Shown here piece after piece: positions 43,919-59,259 of a stretch of 64,000 bases of DNA. Under the pieces are notes generated by a model. The model searched no databases. It had not been told where the DNA came from and saw only the letters and a list, made by a program, of their open reading frames with translations. Made by a program: the position numbers and the translations under genes. Origin of the DNA: Actinomycetes bacterium (GTDB lineage Bacteria > Actinomycetota > Acidimicrobiia > Acidimicrobiales > RAAP-2); assembly GCA_021818265.1 (NCBI GenBank), contig JAKAEP010000004.1, positions 4,108-68,107 of the forward strand, in the 5' to 3' direction. Positions within the stretch are counted from its first letter, which is position 1; every line of letters starts with the position of its first letter.

Positions 43919-44856
43919 GGGCCCTCACCCAGGGCTGGTCCTGGGACCCCACGGTCTACGCGCTCGCGCTCACGGTCGCGGCCCACGAGCTCGGGCTGCG
44001 CCGTCTCGCCCGGCGCTCCTCGGCGAGGAACCAGCGCGCCCGGCGCCGTCGCGCCGGGGCCTTCTACGCCGGGCTCGCCCTGTTGCTTCTCACGATCGAC
44101 TCGCCCCTCGACTACTGGTCGAGCAGCTACTTCTACGTCCACATGATCGAGCACATCGTCCTGATGTTCTTCGTGCCGATCCTCGTGGTGTGGGGCGCGC
44201 CGTGGAACCCGCTGCTCTTCGCCCTGCCGGTGCGCTGGCGGCGCGCCACCGGGCGGTTCTTCTACCTGAGCCCCCGGGCCCGGCCGTACCGGGCGGTCGG
44301 CCGCCTGGTGCGCAACCCCTGGTTCGCCCTCGTCGTGATGAACGTGGTGATGCTCGCCTGGCACGTCCCACGGCTCTTCGACCTCGCCGAGACCAACGCG
44401 TTCGTCCACATCGTCCTCATGCACGGCAGCTACGTCGTGGCCGGGATCCTCTTCTGGCTCCAGATCGTGCCCTCGTTCCCGATGACGCCGCGCAAGGGCT
44501 ACGTCTGGCAGGGGAGCGCGATCCTCTTCACGAACCTCGTGATGACCATGCTCGCGATCTCCATGAGCATCCTCACCTCGACGAGCTGGTACAGCGTCTA
44601 CGACCACGTACCGGGCGTCACCCTCTCGCCCTTCGCCGACCAGCAGATCGGCGCGGCGATCCTGTGGATCTGCGGCGACTTCTGGGCCCTACCGGGGATC
44701 AGCTACGTCATCCGCAAGGCCATCCGCACCGAGGGCTCGGCCGGCGCGGTGCTCGACCGGCTGACCGGGCGCGCGTCCCACTTCGGCACCGAGGTGCCCC
44801 ACTGGCCCGCCTCGAACGTGGAGGCGGCGATCAACGCCAAGTACGAGTCGGAGTAG
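43915..44856 (+). CDS. ctaG: Cytochrome c oxidase assembly factor CtaG (Caa3_CtaG family)
   Basis: Polytopic membrane protein with the HMIEH motif in [28 protein letters not shown]. Further His residues are at WHVPRLFD and VHIVLMHG. Confidence 0.7.
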   Translation: MRALTQGWSWDPTVYALALTVAAHELGLRRLARRSSARNQRARRRRAGAFYAGLALLLLTIDSPLDYWSSSYFYVHMIEHIVLMFFVPILVVWGAPWNPLLFALPVRWRRATGRFFYLSPRARPYRAVGRLVRNPWFALVVMNVVMLAWHVPRLFDLAETNAFVHIVLMHGSYVVAGILFWLQIVPSFPMTPRKGYVWQGSAILFTNLVMTMLAISMSILTSTSWYSVYDHVPGVTLSPFADQQIGAAILWICGDFWALPGISYVIRKAIRTEGSAGAVLDRLTGRASHFGTEVPHWPASNVEAAINAKYESE

Positions 44857-44894
44857 CGCGGCGCCCTGCTACCATGGCCCGCGACGTCGTGAAG

Positions 44895-44912
44895 CGGGTC
44901 CCGTGAGGCCCG
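44895..44912 (+). promoter_or_regulatory. Candidate PyrR-binding hairpin in the pyrR leader
   Basis: The stem cggg/cccg encloses ucccgugagg. UCCCGUGAGGC matches 9 of 11 positions of the PyrR box core UCCAGAGAGGC. It lies 8 nt upstream of the GGAGG Shine-Dalgarno (44920-44924), and a TACCAT box sits at 44870-44875. Confidence 0.35.
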
Positions 44913-44928
44913 TACGACCGGAGGCGAT

Positions 44929-45471
44929 GTGACCGAGAGCACCGATGGCCCGCGCACCCCGAGCGGGGCCGCCCGACCCCTCCTGTCGTCGTCCGACGTC
45001 ACCCGGGCGCTGCGCCGGATGGCCCACGAGATCCTCGAGCGCAACCACGAGGCGCCCGTCTGCGTGGTCGGCCTCCAGCGCGGCGGGGTGGCCCTGGCCG
45101 AGCGGCTCGCCCGCGACCTCGAGGAGGTCGGTGCGAGCGGGGTGGAGCTCGGCCGGCTCGACGTCGCCTTCTTCCGCGACGACCTGGCGGCGCGGCCCGT
45201 CACCGGCGCCGGCGCCACGGCGCTGCCGGCGCTCGAGGACCGCGTGGTCGTGCTCGTCGACGACGTCCTCTACACCGGGCGCACCGTGCGCGCCGCGCTG
45301 AACGCCCTCGTCGAGTGGGGCCGGCCCCGGGCGGTGCAGCTCGCGGTCCTCGTCGACCGCGGCCACCGGGAGCTGCCCATCCGCGCCGACTTCGTGGGCA
45401 AGAACGTCCCCACCTCCCGCGAGGAGTCGGTGCGCGCCACCCTCGAGGGCGTCTGGCTGGAGCGGCCGTGA
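44929..45471 (+). CDS. pyrR: Bifunctional pyrimidine operon regulator / uracil phosphoribosyltransferase
   Basis: PRPP-binding motif [18 protein letters not shown], followed by pyrB. Confidence 0.92.
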   Translation: MTESTDGPRTPSGAARPLLSSSDVTRALRRMAHEILERNHEAPVCVVGLQRGGVALAERLARDLEEVGASGVELGRLDVAFFRDDLAARPVTGAGATALPALEDRVVVLVDDVLYTGRTVRAALNALVEWGRPRAVQLAVLVDRGHRELPIRADFVGKNVPTSREESVRATLEGVWLERP

Positions 45472-46454
45472 GCGTCGCGTCGATCCGGGGCCGGAGCCTG
45501 CTCGGGCTCGAGGACCTCTCGCGCGAGGGCGTGCTCGAGGTCCTCGACACCGCCGAGACCTTCGTCGAGGTCCACAGCCGCGAGGTGAAGAAGGTGCCCG
45601 CGCTGCGCGGGCGGGTCGTGGCCTCGCTCTTCTACGAGGAGTCGACCCGCACCCGGCTCAGCTTCGAGACGGCGGCCAAGCGCCTCTCGGCCGACGTGCT
45701 TTCGCTCGCGGTGGCCTCCTCGAGCGTGAAGAAGGGGGAGTCCCTGCGCGACACGATCGCCACGATCGACGCGCTGGGCATCGACGCCGTCGTGATGCGC
45801 CACGCCGCCTCGGGCGCCGCCGAGGCCGTCGCGCGCTACGTGCCCCACGTGCGGGTCATCAACGCCGGCGACGGCCTCCACCAGCATCCGACCCAGGGCC
45901 TGCTCGACGCCTTCACCCTGCGCCAGGCGCTCGCCGAGCGGGCTGGCGTGTCCGGCCCCGACTCGGGCGCCTCGCTCTTCGAGGGGCTGAACGTCCTCAT
46001 CGTCGGCGACATCCGCCACAGCCGCGTCGCGCGCAGCGACGTGGCCGTCTACACGACCCTGGGCGCGCGCGTGCGCCTGGCCGCGCCCGGCACGCTCCTG
46101 CCCCCGGGGGTGGCGAGCTGGCCGGTCGAGGTCGTCGACGACCTCGACGCAGCGCTCACCGAGGCCGACGTCGTCTGCCTGCTTCGCCTGCAGCGCGAGC
46201 GCGGCAGCGGGACCTTCGTGCCGGGGCTCGCCGAGTTCACCCGCACCCACGGGCTCACCGTCGAGCGCCACGCGCGCCTCAGGCCCACCGCGTTCGTGAT
46301 GCACCCCGGGCCGATGATCCGCGGGGTCGAGATCGACTCGGCCGTGGCCGACGCCCCGAACGCGCTCGTCGAGCGCCAGGTGGCCAACGGCGTGCCGGTG
46401 CGCATGGCCGTGCTGTACCTCACGATCGCCGGGCTCGGGCGGGAGGCGGCGTGA
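45468..46454 (+). CDS. pyrB: Aspartate carbamoyltransferase catalytic subunit
   Basis: [27 protein letters not shown] and HPGP motifs. There is a GTGA overlap with pyrR. Confidence 0.95.
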   Translation: MSVASIRGRSLLGLEDLSREGVLEVLDTAETFVEVHSREVKKVPALRGRVVASLFYEESTRTRLSFETAAKRLSADVLSLAVASSSVKKGESLRDTIATIDALGIDAVVMRHAASGAAEAVARYVPHVRVINAGDGLHQHPTQGLLDAFTLRQALAERAGVSGPDSGASLFEGLNVLIVGDIRHSRVARSDVAVYTTLGARVRLAAPGTLLPPGVASWPVEVVDDLDAALTEADVVCLLRLQRERGSGTFVPGLAEFTRTHGLTVERHARLRPTAFVMHPGPMIRGVEIDSAVADAPNALVERQVANGVPVRMAVLYLTIAGLGREAA

Positions 46455-47761
46455 GGCTCGTCGTGCGCGGGGGCGAGGTCGTCGGGCCCGACGGGCCGGT
46501 GCGCGCCGACGTCGGGGTCGAGGACGGCCGGATCGTCGTCGTGGGTCCCGACCTCGAGGCGCCCGGGGACGCGCGGGTCCTCGACGCGACGGGCTGCTGG
46601 GTGGGTCCGGGCCTGGTCGACCTGCACACCCACCTGCGCGAGCCGGGACACGAGGAGGCCGAGACGATCGAGAGCGGGGCCCGGGCCGCGGCCCGGGGCG
46701 GCTACAGCGCGGTGGTGGCCATGCCCAACACCGAGCCGGCGCTCGACACCGCGGCGATGGTGGCCTTCGTCCAGGCGCGCGGTCGCGAGGCCTGCGTCGA
46801 GGTCGCCGTGGCCGGGGCCATCACCCAGGGTCGGCGCGGCGAGCTGCTCGCCCCGATGGCCGAGATGGCCGCGCTCGGGGTGCGCCTGTTCACCGACGAC
46901 GGTCGGGGCGTCGAGGACCCCCTGGTGCTCCGTCGGGCGATGGAGTACGCGAGGGGCCTGGGCGCGCGCATCGCCGAGCACTGCGAGGACGAGCGCCTGG
47001 CCGCGGGCGGCGTGATGCACGAGGGCGCCCTCTCGGGGCGGCTGGGACTCGTCGGTCGACCGGCCCTCGCCGAGGAGCTGATGGTGGCCCGCGACGTCGA
47101 GCTGGCGCGCCTGACGGGCTGCTCCCTGCACGTGATGCACCTATCGAGCGCACGGGCCCTCGCCCTCGTCGCCGCGGCCCGCGCCGAGGGCCTGCCGGTG
47201 ACCTGCGAGGTGACCCCCCACCACCTCGCCCTCGACGAGACCGCGGTCGAGGGCTACGACCCGCTGTTCAAGGTCCACCCGCCGCTGCGCCCCCGCGCCG
47301 ACGTGGCGGCGCTCGTGGCGGGACTCGCCGGCGGCGCGATCGACGCGGTGGCGACCGACCACGCCCCCCACGCGCCCGAGACCAAGGACCGGACCTTCGA
47401 CGAGGCGCCCCCCGGGATGCTCGGGCTGGAGCACGCCGCCGCCTTGACCCTGGAGGCCCTCGGGGGCGCCGAGGCGTCCGCGGCGGCCTTCTTCGCGCTG
47501 CTCAGCCGGCGCCCGGCGCGCATCGCCGGACTCGACGCCGCCGACCCCCGCTCGGGGCTGGGCGCCCACGGCGGGCTGGTCGCCGCGGGCGAGGACGCCA
47601 ACCTGGTGGTCTTCGACCCGCGGCGGCGCTGGCGCGCGAGTCGCGAGGACCTCGCCAGCCGGGCGCGCAACACCCCCTACCACGGGCGCGAGCTCACCGG
47701 CCGGGCGCGGGCCCTGCTCGTGGCCGGCCGCGTGGTGCTCGAGGGAGAGGAGCTCGCGTGA
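46451..47761 (+). CDS. pyrC: Dihydroorotase
   Basis: [19 protein letters not shown]. There is a GTGA overlap with pyrB. Confidence 0.92.
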   Translation: MRLVVRGGEVVGPDGPVRADVGVEDGRIVVVGPDLEAPGDARVLDATGCWVGPGLVDLHTHLREPGHEEAETIESGARAAARGGYSAVVAMPNTEPALDTAAMVAFVQARGREACVEVAVAGAITQGRRGELLAPMAEMAALGVRLFTDDGRGVEDPLVLRRAMEYARGLGARIAEHCEDERLAAGGVMHEGALSGRLGLVGRPALAEELMVARDVELARLTGCSLHVMHLSSARALALVAAARAEGLPVTCEVTPHHLALDETAVEGYDPLFKVHPPLRPRADVAALVAGLAGGAIDAVATDHAPHAPETKDRTFDEAPPGMLGLEHAAALTLEALGGAEASAAAFFALLSRRPARIAGLDAADPRSGLGAHGGLVAAGEDANLVVFDPRRRWRASREDLASRARNTPYHGRELTGRARALLVAGRVVLEGEELA

Positions 47762-48845
47762 GAGAGCCGGCCCACCTCGTGCTCGCCGACGGCGCGGTCT
47801 TTTCCGGCGAGGCCGCCGGCTTCGCGCCGCGCGACGGGATCACGACGGGTGAGTTCGTCTTCAACACCGCCCTCTCGGGCTACCAGGAGGTCATCACCGA
47901 CCCGAGCTACGCCGGCCAGGTCATCGCCTTCACCTACCCCCACGTGGGCAACTACGGGGTCACCCCCCTCGACGACGAGTCGGTGCGCCCCTGGTGCCGC
48001 GGGGTGGTGGTGCGCGAGCTCAACCCCGTCGGCTCGAACTGGCGCGCGCGCGAGGAGCTCGAGGCGTTCCTCGTGCGCCACCGCGTGCCCGCGCTCGTCG
48101 GGGTCGACACCCGCCGGCTCACCCGCCACCTGCGCGCCCACGGCGCCCTGCCCGGCGCGTTCGGCACGGCGCCCCTGGCGACGCTCGAGGCGGCCGCGCG
48201 CGAGGCCCGCGGCACCGACGACACCGACTTCGTGACGACGGTCACGACCTCCGAGCCCTACCGACGCGGGGACGCGGGGCGCCACGTGGTCGCCTTCGAC
48301 TACGGCGTCAAGCGCACGATGGTCGACCAGCTGGCCCGGCGCTTCTCGGTGAGCGTGGTGCCCGCGACCACGACGGCCGACGAGGTGCTCGCGCTCGCGC
48401 CCGACGGCGTCTTCCTCTCCAACGGCCCCGGCGACCCGGCGGCCCTCGACGGGCTCGCGGCCGAGCTCGCCCGCCTGCTCGGCCGGGTGCCGGTCTTCGG
48501 GATCTGCCTCGGCCACCAGCTGCTCGCCCGGGCCCTCGGCGGGCGCACCTACAAGCTGCCCTTCGGCCACCACGGCTCGAACCACCCGGTGAAGGACCTC
48601 GCCACCGGGCGGATCGAGATCACGGCCCAGAACCACAACTACGCGGTCGACCCCGACTCGCTCGCGCGCGCCGCCGTGAGCCACGTCGACCTCAACGACG
48701 GCGTCGTCGAGGGCCTGGCGCTGCGCGAGGAGCGGTGCTTCTCGGTCCAGTACCACCCCGAGGCCGGGCCCGGGCCCCACGACGCGCGCTACCTGTTCGA
48801 GCGCTTCGCGCGCCTCGTCGAGTCCGCCGAGTGGTGGGAGGGCTG

Positions 48846-48846
<1 letters not shown>
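47758..48846 (+). CDS. carA: Carbamoyl-phosphate synthase small (glutaminase) subunit
   Basis: [10 protein letters not shown] catalytic Cys, and HHGSNHPV. Confidence 0.95.
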
Positions 48847-52131
<3,285 letters not shown>

Positions 52132-52139
<8 letters not shown>

Positions 52140-53046
52140 CCTCTCGACCCGGGTCGGCTCGCTCGAGCTCGCCTGCGCGGTCCTCACCGCCTCGGGCACG
52201 GCCGGGGTCGGCGACGAGCTCGCGGCCTACGGGGAGCTCGACGGGCTCGGGGCCGTCGTCGTGAAGTCCCTCGCGGCCTTCGCCTGGCCGGGCAACCCGG
52301 CGCCGCGCCTGGCGACCTGGGGGGCTTCGATGGTGAACGCCGTCGGGCTCTCGGGGCCGGGGGTGGCCGCCTGGCGGGCCGACGGGCTTGCCCGGCTGCG
52401 CCGGCGCGGCGCGACGGTGGTCGCCTCGATCTGGGGGCGCAGCGTCGGGGAGTTCGAGGCGGCGGCGGCCGCGCTCGCCGGAGCCGAGGTCGCCGCCGTC
52501 GAGGTGAACGCGAGCTGCCCCAACCTCGAGGGGCGCCGGGGTATCTTCGCCCACTCGCCCGAGGCGACCGCCGCCGTGGTCGAGGCGGCCGGCGCCGCGG
52601 GCCTGCCGCGGTGGGCGAAGCTGAGCCCCAACACGCCCGAGCTGGTCGAGGTGGCCGGGGCGGCGCTCGCCGCCGGCGCCGAGGCCCTGGTGCTCGTGAA
52701 CACCGTGCTCGGGATGGTCATCGACGTCGAGGCCCGGCGCCCGGCCCTCGGCCACGGCGGCGGCGGGCTGAGCGGCAGCGCGATCGCCCCCATCGCGCTG
52801 CGCGCGGTCTACGAGTGCCGCGAGGCCTTCCCGGAGGCGCCGATCGTCGGGGTGGGCGGGATCGCCACCGGCGAGGACGCGGTGGCGATGGCGATGGCCG
52901 GCGCCGACGCGCTCGAGGTGGGCACCGCGACCTTCGCCGACCCGCGCGCGCCCTTCCGGGTGCGCGACGAGCTCGGTCGCTGGCTCGACGACCACGGCGT
53001 CGCCTCGCTCGGCGAGATCGTGGGGGTGGCCCATGGCGACGCGTGA
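52132..53046 (+). CDS. pyrD: Dihydroorotate dehydrogenase, class 1 (Cys active-site base)
   Basis: [14 protein letters not shown] (class-1 Cys) and [11 protein letters not shown]. No pyrK-like gene is adjacent. Confidence 0.85.
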
Positions 53047-53866
53047 GACCTTCGGGGTGCGCCTGGCCCGCGCGATCGAGGCGCGGGGCCCCCTGTGCGT
53101 CGGGCTCGACCCGAGCGCCGCGGTGCTGGCCGACTGGGGCCAGCCCGACACGGCCGAGGGGGCGCGCTACCTCGCCCTCACCACGATCGAGGCCGTCGCC
53201 GAGACGGCGGCCGCCGTCAAGGCCCAGGTCGCCTTCTTCGAGCGCTTCGCCTCGGCGGGCTACGCGGCCCTCGAGCGGGTCGTCGAGGTGGCCCGCGAGG
53301 CGGGGGTGCTCTTCATCGCCGACGCCAAGCGCGGCGACATCGGCTCGACCAACGAGGGCTACGCCCAGGCCTGGGCGGGGGAGGGCTCGCCACTGCGCGC
53401 CGACGCGGTGACCCTGCACCCCTACCTCGGGGTCGCCTCGCTCGCCCCGCTGCTCGCGGTGGCGCGGGCCAGCGGCACCGGGGCGCTGGTGCTCGCGGCC
53501 ACCTCGAACCCCGAGGGCCGGCGGGTCCAGGAGGCCCTCTACGAGGGCCGCAGCGTCGAGGCCGGGGTGTGCGCGGCCGTCGCGGGCCTGAACGCGGTGG
53601 AGGGGTGGGGGTCGGTCGGGGTCGTGATCGGCGCGACGCGGGCCCCCCTCGGCGTCGACCTCGCCGGCCTGGGCGGGCCCGTCCTCGTCCCCGGGGTCGG
53701 GGCCCAGGGGGCGGGGCCCCGCGAGGTGGCCGCGGTGACGGCCGGCTGCGCGCGCGCCAGCGTCCTGGCGAGCGTCTCGCGCGCGCTGCTCGCGGCCGGC
53801 CCGTCGCGCCGGGCCCTGCGCCAGGCGGCCGAGCGCTGGCGCGACGACCTCACCGAAGTCCTCTAG
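53033..53866 (+). CDS. pyrF: Orotidine 5'-phosphate decarboxylase (type 2)
   Basis: LCVGLDP, DAKRGDIGST. Confidence 0.9.
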   Translation: MATRETFGVRLARAIEARGPLCVGLDPSAAVLADWGQPDTAEGARYLALTTIEAVAETAAAVKAQVAFFERFASAGYAALERVVEVAREAGVLFIADAKRGDIGSTNEGYAQAWAGEGSPLRADAVTLHPYLGVASLAPLLAVARASGTGALVLAATSNPEGRRVQEALYEGRSVEAGVCAAVAGLNAVEGWGSVGVVIGATRAPLGVDLAGLGGPVLVPGVGAQGAGPREVAAVTAGCARASVLASVSRALLAAGPSRRALRQAAERWRDDLTEVL

Positions 53867-53886
53867 CCTGATCACCCGGCGCCGGG

Positions 53887-53892
53887 TAGTCT
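53887..53892 (+). promoter_or_regulatory. -10 hexamer TAGTCT, 6 nt upstream of GTG 53899
   Basis: TAGTCT-gagccc-GTG. Confidence 0.45.
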
Positions 53893-53898
53893 GAGCCC

Positions 53899-54219
53899 GT
53901 GGTCCCAACTCCACCGTCCCTGACCCAGCAGCAGCGCGTCGAGGCCTCCCGGCTCGCGGTCGCCAACCGCCGACGCCGCGCCGAGGTCAAGCGCCTCGTC
54001 AAGACCGGCCAGCTCTCCTTGGAGGAGCTGTTCGAGCTCGCCGCGCGCGAGGACTGCATCGCCCAGATGCGCGCCTACGACCTCATCAGCGCCCTGCCGG
54101 CCATCGGCGAGGTGAAGGCCGAGCGCATCATGAAGGCCGCCCAGATCGCCAAGACCCGGCGCATCCGGGGGCTGGGGCCCAAGCAGCGCGCCGAGCTGTT
54201 CCGGGCCCTTGTCCGGTGA
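53899..54219 (+). CDS. mihF: Actinobacterial integration host factor (mIHF)
   Basis: LTQQQRVEASRLAVANRRRRAEVKRLVKTGQLSLEEL...IGEVKAERIM. It occupies the conserved position between pyrF and gmk. Confidence 0.85.
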   Translation: MVPTPPSLTQQQRVEASRLAVANRRRRAEVKRLVKTGQLSLEELFELAAREDCIAQMRAYDLISALPAIGEVKAERIMKAAQIAKTRRIRGLGPKQRAELFRALVR

Positions 54220-54775
54220 GCCCCTCGTCGTCGTCCTGATCGGCCCGGGCGGCGTCGGCAAGGGCACGCTCGCGCGCCGGCTCGTCGAGCGCGACGGCCA
54301 CCTCTGGCTCTCGCGCAGTTGGACGACCCGCCCGCCCCGGCCCCACGAGACCGACGCCGACTACGTCTTCGTCCCTCGCGAGGAGTTCGCCCGCGCGGCC
54401 GACGAGGGCCGCTTCCTCGAGTGGGCCGAGTTCCACGGCCAGCTCTACGGCACGCCCCGGCCGACGCCACCGGCGGGTGACGACGTGCTGCTCGAGATCG
54501 ACGTCCAGGGGGCCGAGCAGGTCCGCCGCCTCGTCCCCGACGCCCTGGTGGTCCTGGTGACCGCGCCCGACGACTCCTCGCTCGAGGCGCGCCTGCGCGG
54601 GCGTGGCGACGACGAGGCCCACGTGCGCGCGCGCCTGGCGAGCGCCCCCGGGGAGGTCGCCCGGGGCCGGGCACTGGCGGACCGGGTGGTCGTCAACGAC
54701 GACCCGGACCGGGCGGCCGGGGAGATCGTCTCTATACTGGAGGGGCTGCGTCGAGCCCGGCGCACCCCCGCCTGA
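54209..54775 (+). CDS. gmk: Guanylate kinase
   Basis: P-loop GPGGVGKGT, TTRPPR, and EWAEFHGQLYGT. The TTG start overlaps the end of mihF. Confidence 0.9.
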   Translation: MSGEPLVVVLIGPGGVGKGTLARRLVERDGHLWLSRSWTTRPPRPHETDADYVFVPREEFARAADEGRFLEWAEFHGQLYGTPRPTPPAGDDVLLEIDVQGAEQVRRLVPDALVVLVTAPDDSSLEARLRGRGDDEAHVRARLASAPGEVARGRALADRVVVNDDPDRAAGEIVSILEGLRRARRTPA

Positions 54776-54787
54776 GAAGGACGCCCC

Positions 54788-55141
54788 ATGGCCGAACGCC
54801 CCACCCTCGTCGACCCGCCCATCGAGGACCTCCTCGCCAAGGTCGACGCGAGCCGCTTCACCCTGGTCGCCGTGTCCTCGATCCGGGCCCGCCAGATAAA
54901 CGAGTACTACAACGGGCTCGGCGCCGGCCACGGCGGGGTCATCCCGCCCCAGGTGACCAGCCTGTCGAACAAGTCGCTGTCGATCGCCATGGAGGAGCTC
55001 TTCGAGGGCAAGCTCGAGTACCACCGCCCGACCCCCGAGGAGATCGAGGCCGAGCGCGAGGCCGCCGAGGCGGCCGCCGAGGCCCGGGCGGACGCGGGCC
55101 TCGACCTCGACGCGTTCACCGATGCCCTCCGCGACGCCTGA
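54788..55141 (+). CDS. rpoZ: DNA-directed RNA polymerase subunit omega
   Basis: SRFTLVAVSSIRARQINEYY, within the conserved gmk-rpoZ-coaBC order. Confidence 0.88.
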   Translation: MAERPTLVDPPIEDLLAKVDASRFTLVAVSSIRARQINEYYNGLGAGHGGVIPPQVTSLSNKSLSIAMEELFEGKLEYHRPTPEEIEAEREAAEAAAEARADAGLDLDAFTDALRDA

Positions 55142-56350
55142 GCCAGGGCCCTACCGCATCGTCCTAGGCGTCGCCGGTGGCGTCGCCGCCTACAAGTCGG
55201 CCGAGCTGACCCGTCTCCTTCGTGCGCGCGGCTACGAGGTCGAGCCCGTCATGACCCGCGAGGCCGCACGCTTCGTCGGCCCGACGACCCTCGCGGCGCT
55301 GGCCGGCCGGCCCGTGCGCACCGAGCTCTTCGACGACCCCACGACGCCGATCCCGCACACCCGGCTCGGCCAGGGCGCCGACTGCGTCGTGGTGGCCCCG
55401 GCGACGGCCCACCTGATCGCCCGCTACGCGCTGGGCCTCGCCGACGACCTGCTCACCGCGACCCTCCTCGCGACCCGGGCGCCCGTGGTGCTCTGCCCGG
55501 CCATGCACACCGAGATGTGGGAGAGCCCGTCGGTCCAAGAGAACCTCGCCACCCTGGGCCGCCGCGGGGTGCTGGTCCTGGGCCCGGACGACGGGGCCCT
55601 GGCCGGGGGCGACGAGGGCCCCGGACGCCTGGTCGAGCCCGAGGCGATCGCCGAGTTCGTGACGCGCGTGCTCGAGGGCTACCGCGGCGTCCTCACGGGC
55701 CGACGGGTGGTGGTGAGCGCGGGGGGCACCCGCGAGCCCCTCGACCCCGTCCGGGTGCTCACCAACCGCTCCTCGGGCCGCCAGGGGGCGGCCCTGGCCG
55801 AGGTGGCGGCGCGGCTCGGGGCCCGGGTCACCCTGGTGACGACCTCGGACCGCCCCCTCGCCCCGGACGTGGCCGGCGCCGTGGCGGTGGTGCGCGTCGA
55901 GACCGCGGCCGAGATGGCCGCGGCCCTCGAGGCCGCCTTCGACAAGGCCGACGCGCTGGTGATGGCGGCGGCCGTCTCGGACTTCACCCTCGAGGCGCGC
56001 CCCGAGAAGATCAAGCGCCGCGACGGCGCGCCGAACCTCGCCCTGCTCCCCGTTCCCGACGTCCTCGCGGGGCTCGCGGCGCGGCGCCGGCCGGGCCAGG
56101 TGCTCGTCGGCTTCGCCGCCGAGACGACCGACGTCGAGGCCAACGCCCAGCGCAAGCTCGAGGAGAAGGACGTCGACCTGCTGGTGGTCAACGACGTCAC
56201 GGCCCCGGGCGCGGGCTTCGACCACGAGACCAACGCGGTCACCCTCCTCGAGCGCGGGGGGAGGGTCGAACGAGTCTCGCTGCGCTCGAAAGCGGCCGTC
56301 GCGCACGCGGTGTTGGGTAGGGTGGCCTGGTTGCTGGACCGAGGAGCCCG

Positions 56351-56354
<4 letters not shown>
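55122..56354 (+). CDS. coaBC: Bifunctional phosphopantothenoylcysteine decarboxylase / synthetase
   Basis: [19 protein letters not shown], and [21 protein letters not shown]. Confidence 0.93.
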
Positions 56355-57546
<1,192 letters not shown>

Positions 57547-57547
<1 letters not shown>

Positions 57548-59250
57548 TGGCCGGGGTCGTCCGGGTCCTCACCGAGGTCGCCCCCCTCGAGCGGGGCTTC
57601 GACTACCGCGACGGGGGTCTCGCGCTCTCGGTGGGCGACCGGGTGCGCGTCGCGCTCGGCCCGCGCTCGGTGCGCGGCTGGGTGATCGACCAGGACGTCG
57701 CCGCGCCCGAGCGCGACCCCGAGGGGCTCCGGGCCGTCACGGCGTCGCTCGGGCTCGGCCCGCCGCCCGCGGTCCTCGAGCTGGCCCGCTGGGCCGCCTG
57801 GCGCTACTGCGCGCCGTGGAGCCACTTCCTCGCCACCGCCTCGCCGACCCGGATCGTGCGCGAGCTCCCGGTCGCCCCCGCCGCCGGCCCCGCCGCGTCG
57901 CCCCCGCGGCGGGTCTGGGCGCCCGGGACCCACCAGCTGGCCCCCACGACCGACCCTCTCGACCTCGTGCTCCACGCCTACGAGGCGACCCGGGGGCGCG
58001 GCGGCTCGCTGCTCGTCCTCGTGCCCCACGAGGGGTGGGCCGAGCGGCTGGCGTCGCGCCTCGAGCGCCGCGGGCTCGCCGTCGCGCACGGGGACTGGGC
58101 CCGGGCCCGCGCCGGCTGGCCGGTCGTGGTGGGCACGCGGGCCGCGGCCTTCGCGCCCGCGCCCCGCCTGGCCGGGGCGGTCGTGCTCGACGCCGACGAC
58201 GACGCCCTCGCCTCGAGCGCCGCCCCGACCTGGGACGCGCCCACCGTGGTCGCCGAGCGGTGCCGCCGTGACGGGGCCCCGCGCTGGACGGGGGCGCTCT
58301 GGCCCTCGCCGGGCCTCGTCGGGCCGGGGGGCTACGCGCGCGACCCCGACCTCGTGCCCGGCTGGCCGCGGGTCGTCCTCGTCGACCGGCGCGACCGCGA
58401 CCCCCACGAGGGGGCGCTCGCGCCCGAGGTGCTCGAGGCGGCGCGCCGCGCGCTCGCGGGCGACGAGCCGGTCGCCCTCGCCGTCCTCCACCAGCGCCTC
58501 GGGACGGGGCGGCTGCTGGCCTGCGGGCGCTGCGGGGCGCTCGCGCGCTGCCCCGAGTGCGGCCAGGCCGAGGCCGAGGCCGAGCGCGGCCTGGTGTGCC
58601 CGGGGGGGCACGCGCGCGAGCGCTTCTGCGCGGCGTGCGCCTCGACGGCGCTGCGCCGGGTGCGCTCGGGCGTGACGACCCTCGCGCGCGACGTCGCGGC
58701 CCAGCTGGGCGTCGCCGTCGCTGAGGTCACCGCCGCGCGCCCCTACGACGGCGCGGCGCGCGTGGTGGTGGGCACCGAGGCGCTCTTCGCCTCGGTGCGC
58801 CGGGCCGGGGCGGTCTGCGTCTTCGACGCCGACCAGTACCTGCTCGCCCCGCGCGCGGCGGCCCGCCGCCAGTTCGTCCACGCGCTCGGGCGCGCCGGCC
58901 GGCTCGTCGGCCCTCGCCGCGAGGGGCGCGCGGCGATCTACGTGCAGACCCGCCGCGGCGAGGACCCGGTGCTCGAGGCGGTGGTCGCGGCGCGCTTCGA
59001 CGACCTCGTCGCCGAGGAGGCCGCCGAGGCCGCGCTGCTGCGCCTCTCGCCCTTCGGGGGCGAGGCCCGGCTCTCGGGCGAGGGCGCGGCCGAGCTGGCG
59101 GCGGAGCTCGCGGCGCGCGGGGTGGACGTGCGCGAGGGCGCGGGCGGCTTCGTCGCGCGCGCGCCCGACGTCGCGACGCTCTGTGACGCGCTGGCCGCGT
59201 GCGCGTCGCGCCGTCGCTGTCGGGTCGCCGTGGCGGGAGGCGACGGGTAA
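57547..59250 (+). CDS. priA: Primosomal protein N' (PriA) homologue with degenerate helicase motifs
   Basis: The N-terminal DNA-binding region reads VGDRVRVALGPRSVRGWVI, and the Cys-rich zinc region reads CGRCGALARCPECG...CPGGH...CAACAS. No GxGKT Walker A is present, and DADDD replaces DExH. Confidence 0.75.
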
Positions 59251-59253
59251 CGT
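59248..59253 (+). promoter_or_regulatory. -10 hexamer TAACGT (includes the priA stop), 6 nt upstream of GTG 59260
   Basis: TAACGT-ggaccg-GTG. Confidence 0.4.
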
Positions 59254-59259
59254 GGACCG

